From positions 1 to 62,642 of IMG/VR virus record IMGVR_UViG_3300046007_010469: a stretch of DNA of 62,642 bases; one strand, given 5' to 3'. The translations under genes were made by a program, and so were the position numbers. Position 1 is the stretch's first letter, and the number at the start of each line of letters is the position of its first letter. Source of the DNA: a virus. Lineage: Duplodnaviria; Caudoviricetes. The notes below the pieces were generated by a model. The model saw nothing but the letters and a program-made list of their open reading frames with translations, had not been told where the DNA came from and made no database searches. Of this stretch, positions 27,438 through 37,596 are shown one piece after another.

Positions 27438-28082
27438 TTAAATCTCCAAATCTAGATAGTCAAGTTCGCCAATGCACTGAAAGAGAGTGGTTTCGGTCTG
27501 CAGTTGAGTAGTAAAATGCCAGTGCCCGAATATCCACTGCTGAGGCTGATGTGCCTCATAAAACTTATCCAGCCAATCAGCGGTGCGATTACGATACGTA
27601 GGACCGTGCAGCTTACCACTTTTCCAAAACATCTCATAGGAGATGCTGGCAGGGCAATCGTGCGTAATGAGAATGCGCGGCTTTGCAGACGTATAGGCGT
27701 CTAGCATAGCCTCGAATTGCTCATCACTGCACTCTTCGTCTGGCCACCAGTCATACATAGGAGTACGACGATACCAGCCGGGCGGCGCGTTTGGATTGTC
27801 AATACTCCACGCTCCACCAATGAACATGATGTCACCCTCAATCGTCCCGTCCGCAATATAGTTTGGGGCGGCACGACATGTCGCAGGATTGTCGTGGTTG
27901 CCGCGGATGAAACGGTGCTGCGGATGACGAGACTGCCATCCGAGAATATAGTCGTCTACTTCTTCACAGCCCGAGAAACCCAGACCATAGTCACCAATCT
28001 GGATACTCGGTCCGTCCCAGTCTTGCAGTAGAGCGCGGTAGGGAGTGTGAAGACCGTGAATATCACCAATCAAGCGTAGCAT
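27438..28082 (-). CDS. Metallophosphoesterase
   Basis: GDIHG, GDYG, RGNHD, THDCP, FGHWH. Confidence 0.85.
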   Translation of the reverse strand: MLRLIGDIHGLHTPYRALLQDWDGPSIQIGDYGLGFSGCEEVDDYILGWQSRHPQHRFIRGNHDNPATCRAAPNYIADGTIEGDIMFIGGAWSIDNPNAPPGWYRRTPMYDWWPDEECSDEQFEAMLDAYTSAKPRILITHDCPASISYEMFWKSGKLHGPTYRNRTADWLDKFYEAHQPQQWIFGHWHFTTQLQTETTLFQCIGELDYLDLEI

Positions 28083-28315
28083 TTTGTGTACTCCAAAGGT
28101 TATAGTAGAGATATGCGTTAGCGCCGGCTAAGAAGGCTACAAGCAGGGAAGGAGATGCCAAAGCGACGGCTGCGATATGCGTAAGAAAAAGCGCTTGACA
28201 GACTATTTTCATAGAACCTCCTGTAGGGTGAGTAAAAAGCGTTGCAGCAGTTCGATAAAGGCTGGCAGAATAGCGATAGTGGCGTAGAGACTTAGAATCC
28301 AGAAACCGAGACGTA

Positions 28316-28618
28316 TCATCTTTTTTTCAAGTAGCTCCGCACATCAAAGTTATAGTTGTCCAGTATTTGTTTGAACTCTTCTGAGTCCTCAAAACGTTCT
28401 GAATATCCAAGATAGCTTTCAACTGTTTCGAGTTGTTGAGGCTGCGGCGTCTTTTGCCGTTTTTTCTTCTTCTTTTTGTGCACTACAGGTTCTTCTTCTA
28501 CTTGGGCCTCTGCCCAATGGTAGACGCCACGAGTCACTGTTGACGTAAAGCTAAAGATAGCAATCGCCGGCAACAGAATAACAAAGACAAAAACGAAGAA
28601 TCCAAGTAGTATTTCCAT
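28316..28618 (-). CDS. Membrane protein
   Basis: N-terminal TM helix, poly-Lys stretch. Confidence 0.55.
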   Translation of the reverse strand: MEILLGFFVFVFVILLPAIAIFSFTSTVTRGVYHWAEAQVEEEPVVHKKKKKKRQKTPQPQQLETVESYLGYSERFEDSEEFKQILDNYNFDVRSYLKKR

Positions 28619-28719
28619 GACAACTCAACATAGCATAGTTTTAGCACTAGAGCAAGAAAAAAATGAAAAAGGCTAGAGCGTTTCCACTCTAGCCAGTTTG
28701 TTCCCAGTAGTTTTACAAC

Positions 28720-29814
28720 TTACTGAGGAATATCACCCTGAATACCTTCTACATAAAAGTTCATGCTTAGTAGGTCACCATCAGGAGCAGTCACACCATC
28801 CTCTAGCCAGACCGAGCCATCTTGACGGCGAATCGGACCTGTAAAGGGATGGTAGGTACCGGCAGCAATCGCATCACGTAGAGCTTCCGCTTCTGCCTTC
28901 ACATCCGCAGGCACTACGTCTGTAATAACGCCAATCTCAACCTCGCCTTCACGAATTCCAGCCCAGGTGTCTGTAGAGGTCCAAGTTCCCTCAAGTACTT
29001 CTCCTACTCGCTTAACATAGTAAGGAGCCCAGTTATCGATGATAGAAGAAATGCGAGGGCTTGGAGCATAGTCAAGCATGTCAGATGCTTGTCCAAATCC
29101 TAGTACTGCTTCTCCAGCCTTAGCAGCTTCTGCAAGTGGAGCTGTAGAATCAGTATGTGAAGCAATAATGTCTACACCTTGGTCAATGAGTGCTCTAGCT
29201 GCATCAGCTTCTTTAGCAGGGTCAAACCAAGTGAATGCCCACACTACAGACAGCTCAACGTCTGGATTTACTCGCTTTGCGTGTAGGTAGTAGGCGTTAA
29301 TGCCCATAACTACTTCGGGAATTGGGAAAGAAGCAATATATCCAATCTTATTAGTTTTGGTTAGTCGACCTGCCATAGTTCCTTGTACGGCACGCCCTTC
29401 ATAGAATCGAGCATTGTAGATTGCAACATTCTCATGGTCACGCTTATAGCCGGTTGCGTGCTCAAAGCGTACATCTGGAAATTGAGCCGCTACAGTATTA
29501 GTAGCATCCATATATCCGAATGAAGTGGTAAAGATAATATTACAGCCTGACAAGGCCATTTGAGTTAAAACTCGTTCGGCATCAGCTCCTTCTGGAACAC
29601 TCTCCTGCCACGCAATCTCAACTCGGTCACCATACGCCTCTTTAACAGCAAGAGCGCCTTGGTGATGTTGGTAGGACCAACCTAAGTCTCCAATCGGACC
29701 TACATACACAAAACAGGCTTTAGCCTTTTCTAGGGGTTGTGCAGCAGCTGCACTAGTAAACATACCGAGACTCATAGCAGCCGCGGCCAATAGACTATTA
29801 GACAAAAATTTCAA
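28720..29814 (-). CDS. BMP-family (PnrA-like) ABC substrate-binding protein
   Basis: YVGPIGDLGWSYQH, TTSFGY, FEHATGYK, WFDPAKE; signal peptide; terminator hairpin at ~28668-28695. Confidence 0.9.
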   Translation of the reverse strand: MKFLSNSLLAAAAMSLGMFTSAAAAQPLEKAKACFVYVGPIGDLGWSYQHHQGALAVKEAYGDRVEIAWQESVPEGADAERVLTQMALSGCNIIFTTSFGYMDATNTVAAQFPDVRFEHATGYKRDHENVAIYNARFYEGRAVQGTMAGRLTKTNKIGYIASFPIPEVVMGINAYYLHAKRVNPDVELSVVWAFTWFDPAKEADAARALIDQGVDIIASHTDSTAPLAEAAKAGEAVLGFGQASDMLDYAPSPRISSIIDNWAPYYVKRVGEVLEGTWTSTDTWAGIREGEVEIGVITDVVPADVKAEAEALRDAIAAGTYHPFTGPIRRQDGSVWLEDGVTAPDGDLLSMNFYVEGIQGDIPQ

Positions 29815-29829
29815 TGTGTGCTCCTAACT

Positions 29830-31478
29830 TAAAATGAAAAATTAAAGGCTAGAACATCGCTGCTCTAGCCTTTGCAACTGTTTAGTTGCTATTCACACTC
29901 TGAGTTCATCCTTTTACGTTGTGCAGCGCTACACATGAATATAACGAGTTATCGCAGAGTGCGCCTATTGGGTCCGCCCTATACCCACCGCTACGCAGAA
30001 GGCATTTGATTTCGTCTCGAGCCGACGGACAACATCGAGCATAGACTGTTACTGCAGAGTTGATTCTCTGTCAGAGTGTGTGCCAACAGCCTAATTTGCA
30101 CACTCCTATCACCCCCTATACGGGATGAGATACGTCATTAAAATACAACGTGGTTAACCAACTGCTAGCGTGCAGCTGCCTTCTTAGGGCACGGAGGACC
30201 GACGACTTTTATTATAGAGAGTTTGGCTCCACAGCTATCAGACTTCTCTCTAGGGGGTTAACCCAACTGTTTCCAGTTGCTGGACATATCCCTTAATTCC
30301 AGTGACTCTAAGGCTTGCCTAAATTGCAAGGAAAGGAGGTTTTTTGCTTAGAGTATTCTACAGGATTGCGTTGTTGTTTTAATAACCAATATTAAACATT
30401 TTTAGTTGCTGCAACAATCCTAATTGACAAGTGAAACCGGGGTATTGCGTATCTCTAGCTGCGGCGCCACACTAGAGAACTTTTGGCTTGTGCTTTCGTT
30501 ACCTACTCACTTTCCCCACGCCAAGCACGCTAACGACTTCACTAAAACTGTAGACAGGCTCTAAATGGGGTGTCTCCCTTGGTCTAAACCGTAAAGAGCT
30601 GTGAACGTCCTGTCTACAGATTAAGTGAAGTTGCCAGTTACTTCCTTCTGGCAGTATCTCTTTCGTGGATACAGGTTAGTGGGTTGGACGAGTGTTTACG
30701 GACATATTTTAAGGCTGTCTCACCTATCTCCCTACACAATCACACTAGTTGGGCAGGGTAGCGTAACTAGAACCCATCTCTGTTACGCATATTGCGCTAC
30801 TCTTAAGTGCAGGATTCACACCTGCGTGGCCCCGTCTACCAGGGCATCTTAGTTTGTTTGTGCCTTGCACTTCTAGATCAACTTAAGGTAGTCACGGAGA
30901 GGTGTTTTGCTACGCGGGCACAACCTCAACAAAGCCTGCAGCAGTTGACGTTAAAACGAGTAATACCCCCGCATTAAGACAACTGTAACCTACGGAACAC
31001 CAAGAACGGTCATCTCTTGCTTTAACGGCTCCATACACCGCACAGTCATTAAATCCCTCGTACGTCAGACTGCGAATTGAGTACGAAGAAGTAGAGACAC
31101 TGCTCAGACAGCTTCTACATATTTATCACCTAGCCCACACTCGGTTTCCCGCAAGGTCTAAGGCTGAGAAAAGCTAGCATCCGCACGCATAGATGCTACG
31201 ACTACCATTTAGCGAGGTCTCAGTTTCACTGGAATCTATACACAGACGCAATTGCTTGCCGACGGGTTACTCCGAAGAAACCTATTGAACACTAGGTAGT
31301 TAAATACGGCAGATTGTTCAGGGCACAATCTGCAAGGCCCAACTTACTACCTCCCCGCAGGGTAGAGTTCAGTATATCAACTAGAAGAACTGAGTCCTCC
31401 TAGTGACGAGCGAACAGTGAAATAACCGTCTTAGACTTACAGCCTACGACCTGGGCTAGTCCGCTGTTTCGCTCTGTA
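29830..31478 (-). ncRNA. Candidate large structured ncRNA or ncRNA cluster
   Basis: No credible ORF over ~1.65 kb; TTGCTT-N17-TATATT promoter at ~31486-31514; many hairpins; terminator-like stem at ~29842-29873. Confidence 0.55.
30361..30421 (-). ncRNA. CAGCAA hairpin RNA, copy C
   Basis: GGATTGT...CAGCAA...hairpin...GCAATCC, matching copies at 43012 and 43248. Confidence 0.6.
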
Positions 31479-31521
31479 TAATTTAATATACGCAATTTTT
31501 AAGGAACAAGCAAGCGTAAAA

Positions 31522-31664
31522 TGGATTGGAGGGAGCACGTAGCAAGGATAAAAACTGCAATCAATTACTCGAGATACTCAATTGCAAGAGTCTTCATCCA
31601 CCCATCTTCCTACATCGCGTAGGCTGTGTTACTAGTTGCGCGACTAGTTATTACACCACTCCAA
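31522..31664 (-). ncRNA. tRNA-like ~143-nt RNA with CCA end
   Basis: Acceptor-like UUGGAG/CUCCAA plus UCCA; starts 3 nt after the tRNA-Met CCA. Confidence 0.5.
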
Positions 31665-31667
31665 ACT

Positions 31668-31744
31668 TGGTTGCGGAAGGGGAGGACTCGAACCTCCGAT
31701 CTTCTGGTTATGAGCCAGACGAGATGCCGCTTCTCTACCCCGCA
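31668..31744 (-). tRNA. tRNA-Met(CAU), initiator-like, with a 2-nt insertion in the 3' acceptor strand
   Basis: Cloverleaf; CU-CAU-AA loop; encoded CCA. Confidence 0.75.
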
Positions 31745-32188
31745 AAAGTTCTACTCTCAGCTGCACTGCATCTACTATTAAGCCCGATACGCTGGCGCAC
31801 TTAGTGCAGGTGAGAGTAGAAGCGGGAGATGGCCTCTAGGCCTAGGACCATCTCCCATGTGACTACAACTGGTAAGGTTGCTTTTTATAGACTTAATCAC
31901 TCAGTCCCGCGAGAGTCAAACCACCCGCTCGGTTCTGTTGACATACTCTACAACAGCATAGAGTCACCTTGTTACTCTTGGTGCCAGAGATGTGATGAAT
32001 TAGTAGCTACCAGGAACCATTCATCATATTTCGCATCAATACGCAGCCCCCAACCCGCCCGTATCGTGACCGCTCCATTTTCCGCCCAAACCGTCGAAAC
32101 GGGCTAAACGTCTAACATGCGGCCTTCCTTATTTCTGTATTTAATATAACTCAAAAAATAGCAAGGGGCAAGTGTAAAATTACTACAA

Positions 32189-32482
32189 TTACAGTATTAC
32201 CCCCGCACGCATCGCATCTACTAGTCTCTGCGTTGCTGCCTCCGAAAGAACTCCGTTCTTCCATCGACAAGCCTTCCAACCGCGCGACCGAGTCCAGATA
32301 GCAAAGGCTCGACCACGAAGATAAGGAATAGCCTCTTCCTTAGTATAGAGGTCATAGTCGTATGGCAGATTCTTCATGGCACTAGCATATCCGCGCTGAA
32401 ACGCCTCAACACGAGATAGACTTTGCGCAAGCCTTAGTGGTGATACAAAAACTCCGCCAGTATTGTGCTTACGTTCAATCAT
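32189..32482 (-). CDS. Hypothetical protein
   Basis: GAGGAG RBS; own promoter. Confidence 0.65.
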   Translation of the reverse strand: MIERKHNTGGVFVSPLRLAQSLSRVEAFQRGYASAMKNLPYDYDLYTKEEAIPYLRGRAFAIWTRSRGWKACRWKNGVLSEAATQRLVDAMRAGVIL

Positions 32483-32543
32483 GCTTGTCTCCTCTATCTA
32501 TATTTTATATTAGCGTATTTTTAGGAAACAAGCAAGAACATTT

Positions 32544-32792
32544 TTACGCTGCCGACTGCTGTGACTCTGGTGAATGTTCAAGTAAGCTGTCCCAACGGAA
32601 CGACCGCCATTCATCTTTGTCTACATCCCAAACACACTGAACGTGCTCCGGGCCGCGTGCGATACTATACGTATCAATCCCAATCAAGTCAGGAACAAGC
32701 GTAGCACGCATGTCTCGAATACTACCATCACGTTTCCGAAAACGTAGACTCACGATTCCGGTTTCCAGCAGACTGATTAGATCTTTGTTCAA
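32544..32792 (-). CDS. WYL_2/Sm-like SH3 (DUF2693-like) protein
   Basis: F.K.DGSIR.M.ATL...WD..K.EWRSFR. Confidence 0.8.
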   Translation of the reverse strand: MNKDLISLLETGIVSLRFRKRDGSIRDMRATLVPDLIGIDTYSIARGPEHVQCVWDVDKDEWRSFRWDSLLEHSPESQQSAA

Positions 32793-33001
32793 CTAGTTCT
32801 CCATATTCATGTTGCAAAACAGTGGCAAGGTGTGAAAGGTCTTGTAGAGCACTAACAGTATTTTCTGCGGACTCTACATAGGTGCACATATAGTCATAGA
32901 GTTTAAGATATTGCACAGACGGTTTCATGTTTTCCTCTTTATAATTTAATATAGCTCAAACTTTAGTAAGAGTCAAGACCTATTTTAATGTAACTAGGCA
33001 C

Positions 33002-33532
33002 TTAAACTAGCAATAGCTTTCGTAACTTACTTGCTTCTGTCTCATGCAAACGCTTCATTAGAGTAGTTACGTTCATACGCAGCTCTTCTAGACTACCATT
33101 ATTATCAATCGTAAAGTCTGTCATCCACGGTTCAATACTAATCGAGGTAGACGGTTCTGGAGGTAGATGGTCACTGCGGTCTACCCAAATAGAATAGTCG
33201 AAGCTTCCTGAGTTGCGTAGCGCGTGAAACTCTGCTTTGTTACGCAGTCCACAGTAGATATCATATCGTTCGTAGAGTGCTCGTCCAAGTCGAGAAGCGT
33301 CAGGCCGATTGAAGGCCCGAATGAGTTCGTACCACTCTTGACGGTGATTATGCCTATCTTCAAAACACTGCTCTAGTGAAGAGTATCCGTATTTGCTCTT
33401 TAGTGCATCATAGATAAACAGTTCCGCACAAAACATTGAGGAACTTTGAAAGCTGTAACGATACAGTGTGCGAAGCAGCTCACACACTGTATCTTTACCG
33501 TGCCTAGCGTATCCGACTACCATTAGTCGCAT
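33002..33532 (-). CDS. Deoxynucleoside monophosphate kinase-like protein
   Basis: G.ARHGKDT P-loop; IDNNGSL. Confidence 0.75.
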   Translation of the reverse strand: MRLMVVGYARHGKDTVCELLRTLYRYSFQSSSMFCAELFIYDALKSKYGYSSLEQCFEDRHNHRQEWYELIRAFNRPDASRLGRALYERYDIYCGLRNKAEFHALRNSGSFDYSIWVDRSDHLPPEPSTSISIEPWMTDFTIDNNGSLEELRMNVTTLMKRLHETEASKLRKLLLV

Positions 33533-33985
33533 TTTAAAATATCCTTTCCATAAAGTTGATGCAGTGCACGCACAAGATCACGTACATCTACAGCAACTCC
33601 TTCATACGGATTGCCTGCATAGTGAATACCTACCTTGTGGCGATTATAACTCTCGCGCTGTACGACTACAGGAGCGTGCTTATCACTAATGAGTATTTTT
33701 GTCATAGACTCGGCTTTCGTCTTCCACAGGCTTTTTCACTTCGTGAATTACCCAAAGCGCTAGAGGCAGATAGGAAACTCCCAGCACAATTGCCAGCATC
33801 AATAGTCCTCTCCTAAGGAACCCGAAGGGTTTCGATATGCACAGGCGTATAGTCAGTTTGCTCCACACAAACGCAGAATGTTAGCGTGTCCGAAGTGTGT
33901 ATCTGATGTAACCCATATATCACGCATGTCTCGCTCCTTTTATGATTTAATATACCTTAAAAAGAGTGAGACTGCAAGACGCAAC

Positions 33986-34462
33986 TTAATTTCCTGGGAC
34001 GACTCGTTGCAACCAAGAGCTGTTTTCTTGAGACTCTGCGTTCGCAAGAGTAGCCTGAGTGGCTTGACTACGAATCTGTGCGTTAGCCTGATCTAAGGCT
34101 GCGGCACTCTCTTTGTAGTAGTTCTCGTAGGCTAGTATGATAGCTTGTTGCTGTTGAACTAGTGCACGAATATCACTAAAGTTTAGACCTAGATTGCCAT
34201 ATCCATCTCCCGTAAGAGCATAGAGAGCAAAGGCTTGACCTTGAGTTTCTAGTCTAGATTTGACTGCATCAATATTATCTTTATTAATCACAATCCACTC
34301 TACCTTACGTAAGTTAAGTTCGTCTACCGGAGGTAGAGTAAGTGGCGGCTTTTCCACAGGCTTTGCACTAATTTCAATTGCCCGGGGCGGAGGTGTTGAG
34401 CAAGCCACGAGACTTATAGCTATCATAGAGCCAAGGACACTCTTTGTTAAAAGCTGTCGCAT
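33986..34462 (-). CDS. o-spanin (Rz1-like lipoprotein)
   Basis: Lipobox LVAC followed by Pro-rich segment; overlaps i-spanin. Confidence 0.7.
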   Translation of the reverse strand: MRQLLTKSVLGSMIAISLVACSTPPPRAIEISAKPVEKPPLTLPPVDELNLRKVEWIVINKDNIDAVKSRLETQGQAFALYALTGDGYGNLGLNFSDIRALVQQQQAIILAYENYYKESAAALDQANAQIRSQATQATLANAESQENSSWLQRVVPGN

Positions 34463-34868
34463 TTTCTGCATTCCTTTCTGCATCTGTTAGTTCTGCTCCT
34501 GAAAGAAGCTCAAAACATCTACCGGCGTTTTCTGTACCGCGATTTACTGCACGTTCGATACCTTCGGCATTTGCTAGAGCGGCGGCAGTAAGGTCGATTT
34601 GCTGCAGCTTTGTTGCAAGTTGCTGGTTTTGACGACGAATATTTTGATAGGCGGCGTTGAGAGTATTTAGCTCTGTCTGTGCTGCGGCATAGCTCTCTTG
34701 CAGTGAGTTAATAGTTTCTTCATTCATCTGCACTGCAGTCTCTAACTTTGCGGCATTTTCTACTAGAACTGCCATACGCTTCTGAGTGTCTTGATAATAG
34801 AGGTAAAATCCTCCAGCCATAGTAGCCATAATAGCGCCCATGACCATCATTCCTTTGAGTCCTAACAT
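34374..34868 (-). CDS. i-spanin (Rz-like)
   Basis: N-terminal TM plus coiled coil; downstream of endolysin. Confidence 0.7.
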   Translation of the reverse strand: MLGLKGMMVMGAIMATMAGGFYLYYQDTQKRMAVLVENAAKLETAVQMNEETINSLQESYAAAQTELNTLNAAYQNIRRQNQQLATKLQQIDLTAAALANAEGIERAVNRGTENAGRCFELLSGAELTDAERNAENATAFNKECPWLYDSYKSRGLLNTSAPGN

Positions 34869-34951
34869 AGAGCTGACTCCTTTTAGCGGGGCTATACTAG
34901 CAAAGCTTAAAACTTTGCTAGCAGCAATCTTAATGCCTAACGGCGGGTATT

Positions 34952-35821
34952 TTATTTTAGGAGCTTGGCGAGGGTTTTTGGCCCGGCGACTCCGTCTGCG
35001 ACTAATCCATTTTTTGACTGCCAGGATTTCAAGGCTTTTTCGGTTCCAGGGCCAAAGGAGCCGTCGGATGTAAGGCCAAGCGCCCGCTGTAGCGCTTCGA
35101 CGACGGGGCCGCTCGACCCTTTGCGGAGGGTTTGGGATAGGTTCAGAGCGCTCGGGTTCGGGGGCGGAGCGCTCGGAGTAAAATTTCCACCAAGTACCTG
35201 CAGTGCGTGTTCAAATCGCTGTTTGCGGTCAGCTAAACCAATGTCCCCACCATTGATTATCTTAGTCATCTTTACTATGTCTTTAGCGTCTGCGACGGCA
35301 TTAAGCTTCTTTGCATTCCAGAACCAGCAGGCACTCTCAATTGCACCTTTTTCTGTCGCAACATACGCTGCAGCCTCATCTGCAGTCATGCCCACAGTCG
35401 ATCCAAAAGCTCCATAGTTATTACGCCCCGTGAGCTGCTTTAATCCACGACCACGAAACTTCCATCCGTCTCCAGGCTGCACATTACCTAGTGCTCCTTT
35501 AGCAGACCGGTTTTCATCCATATAGACATAGTTAGCAATTTTTTCTGGATTACGTGCGTACTCTGCGGCGTTCCGCTTGCCTGGTCCAAAATACTTTGGA
35601 AAAACTCGTAGTAGCGTTTCTTCCCGATAGTTTAAGTTCTCTTCGAGTGTTTTAAAATTATTAGACTCGTGTGCGCATTGGGCTAGAAAGCCGGCGACAC
35701 GAGCCTCAGTAGTAATATCATATTTTGGAAAAATAGAGACACAAGCCTCATACCAACGGTCTGAGTCTGGATTGCCTCGTAGAATTTCTCTTAGTTGTTC
35801 CTTTGTAAAGTTAAATTTCAA
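34952..35821 (-). CDS. Endolysin, GH19 plus C-terminal peptidoglycan-binding domain
   Basis: FLAQCAHES, GDGWKFRGRGLKQLTGRNNY, TKIINGG..GL.DR; DG.FGPGT repeats. Confidence 0.92.
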   Translation of the reverse strand: MKFNFTKEQLREILRGNPDSDRWYEACVSIFPKYDITTEARVAGFLAQCAHESNNFKTLEENLNYREETLLRVFPKYFGPGKRNAAEYARNPEKIANYVYMDENRSAKGALGNVQPGDGWKFRGRGLKQLTGRNNYGAFGSTVGMTADEAAAYVATEKGAIESACWFWNAKKLNAVADAKDIVKMTKIINGGDIGLADRKQRFEHALQVLGGNFTPSAPPPNPSALNLSQTLRKGSSGPVVEALQRALGLTSDGSFGPGTEKALKSWQSKNGLVADGVAGPKTLAKLLK

Positions 35822-35839
35822 TAACTTTCTCCTTTCTGT

Positions 35840-36481
35840 CTAGTTCCAGAGGGCTTCATAGTACTTGCCGAACAGCCGGAATCCGTTGTTCATACGTGCT
35901 TGATGAGCACGTTCGCCCTCACGGTCATATTTACCTTCTTTTTTCAGTTTAAACTCACGATTACCGTCCTCATCTGGCTCTGAGCTAAATTCAAACTCTG
36001 CGTGCTCAATGATGTAGTCCTCTTCCCACCAAGCACGAGTCTTCTGCTCAAATGCCCAAATCATCTCATTGAGAACCCAATCCCAACGAGCGTGAACATT
36101 ACCGTCCTCGTGCCACTTCTCGACAGGAGGCGACTCAGTGCTACGAAGATGCTCAGGAACGTCATCATCATCGACGTTCGGAGAGCCGTGCTTAGTCGTT
36201 TTAAGTTGCTTCAGCATAGGAAGAATAATATGGGCAAGAGTATGGTCCATACTCCAAGTATCCCAACGGTCGAGCTTTACGACAATGCGACGTTCTTTTT
36301 TGTCCAGATAGCGATTAATCGTAGCATTGTAAAAAGATTGAAGACCGTTCTCAATTTTTTCAAGAGTATTGTCAATCCAGTCTTTATTATCCTGCCACTC
36401 ATTACCATATCGCCGAGTCATGTGACGTTCGTGAACTCGACTAATCCAGCGGTCAATGTACGGACCAATATATACTTTCAT
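35840..36481 (-). CDS. Conserved phage hypothetical protein
   Basis: WDTWSMDHTLA...GFRLFGKYY..LW family pattern. Confidence 0.75.
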   Translation of the reverse strand: MKVYIGPYIDRWISRVHERHMTRRYGNEWQDNKDWIDNTLEKIENGLQSFYNATINRYLDKKERRIVVKLDRWDTWSMDHTLAHIILPMLKQLKTTKHGSPNVDDDDVPEHLRSTESPPVEKWHEDGNVHARWDWVLNEMIWAFEQKTRAWWEEDYIIEHAEFEFSSEPDEDGNREFKLKKEGKYDREGERAHQARMNNGFRLFGKYYEALWN

Positions 36482-36627
36482 CTTTGTCCTCTTCTACAAT
36501 CTTATAGGCTTTCCAAGCACGTGCAGCTGCAAGTGCATCTTCCCAAGTTTGAAAAGATGCACGCTCTTCTTGATTTTTCATTACATAGAGAAAACCATCC
36601 TCAAATGGAACTAGTATGTAGTAAAGT

Positions 36628-37278
36628 TTATCCGCAATAGTCAACTGTACGCTCCGCCCACTGGCTCAAGTCAGCTATGTCATCCATATTTACATTGCAC
36701 CACGGGTCGGTAATGACAAGTACCTCTCCCCGCAACATAAAGTTGCCACGGTGCATATCAAGACGACGACCCTCACAATCGTCATCATCATCCTGTTCAT
36801 TCTCACAATAGGTATTAGTGCCCATACCAAAAGGACGCCCGCTCTTTGCGTGAGTAGTATTTTCCTTAATGGCATTAACTACTTCTAGCAACTGCTGAGG
36901 ATTAGGAACTCGAGTCGGATAGGTATCAAGAAACTCCTGAGCTTCCTCATCTGAGTGATAGCCAAGCACGTAGTCACGGATAAAATCCGTAAGCGATTCG
37001 TCACTGTAGGTAGTAGGAGCCAGACGTTCCATCGTACACACATAGAACTCATTAGCAGAGTCGCTATAGAACGAGTGAATGTGCGGCACATGCGGGTTAT
37101 TGGAATAAGCGTCAATGACCAGCCCACGATAGTCCAACCACGGGTCATCCATATTAGTGCCAATCTTAATGGCAACATCTGAGTTGCTACGAGTAGCCAA
37201 AGCGGCGCTGTAGCAGCCAACCCCGAGAACAGCGTTACCTTGACGAGTGAGATTTCGGATGATGCGGTGGCCAGTCAT
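36628..37278 (-). CDS. Ser/Thr protein kinase-like (T7 0.7-type)
   Basis: LG.G.YS, AIK, MERL, LDMHRGNFM, ITDP. Confidence 0.75.
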   Translation of the reverse strand: MTGHRIIRNLTRQGNAVLGVGCYSAALATRSNSDVAIKIGTNMDDPWLDYRGLVIDAYSNNPHVPHIHSFYSDSANEFYVCTMERLAPTTYSDESLTDFIRDYVLGYHSDEEAQEFLDTYPTRVPNPQQLLEVVNAIKENTTHAKSGRPFGMGTNTYCENEQDDDDDCEGRRLDMHRGNFMLRGEVLVITDPWCNVNMDDIADLSQWAERTVDYCG

Positions 37279-37344
37279 AGTTATCTCCGTTGCTGATAAC
37301 TAAATATAACCTATCCAAGAGCTTAGAGCAAGTGTACAGTAACT

Positions 37345-37596
37345 TTAACGTTGTAGGTATTCTACAACGGATTCACGATAGTCGAGACTCCTCGCATACA
37401 ATACTACGAGAATAGCAGCTACAACTGCTACAAATCTGATACCAATTCCAAGCACTTCTAGCGGTGGCACTGTCAAAGGAATCCAGAAGATAAAGTGTAA
37501 TGTCAGGGCAGCTGCAATAATAATAACTGTGCTCATTATATAGGCTACAGTATAAGCAGACGCTAAAATATAGAGGTGTGCTAACACTTTTTTCAA
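37345..37596 (-). CDS. Membrane protein
   Basis: Two TM helices. Confidence 0.55.
   Translation of the reverse strand: MKKVLAHLYILASAYTVAYIMSTVIIIAAALTLHFIFWIPLTVPPLEVLGIGIRFVAVVAAILVVLYARSLDYRESVVEYLQR

Noticed and set aside
30250-30296. Possible fourth CAGCAA RNA
   Set aside because: Has CAGCAAC but a poor closing stem and no 7-nt loop hairpin; needs a covariance-model score
30625-32107. Plus-strand ORFs 30625-30852, 31526-31804 and 31829-32107
   Set aside because: Antisense to local promoters and a tRNA, no RBS, atypical composition
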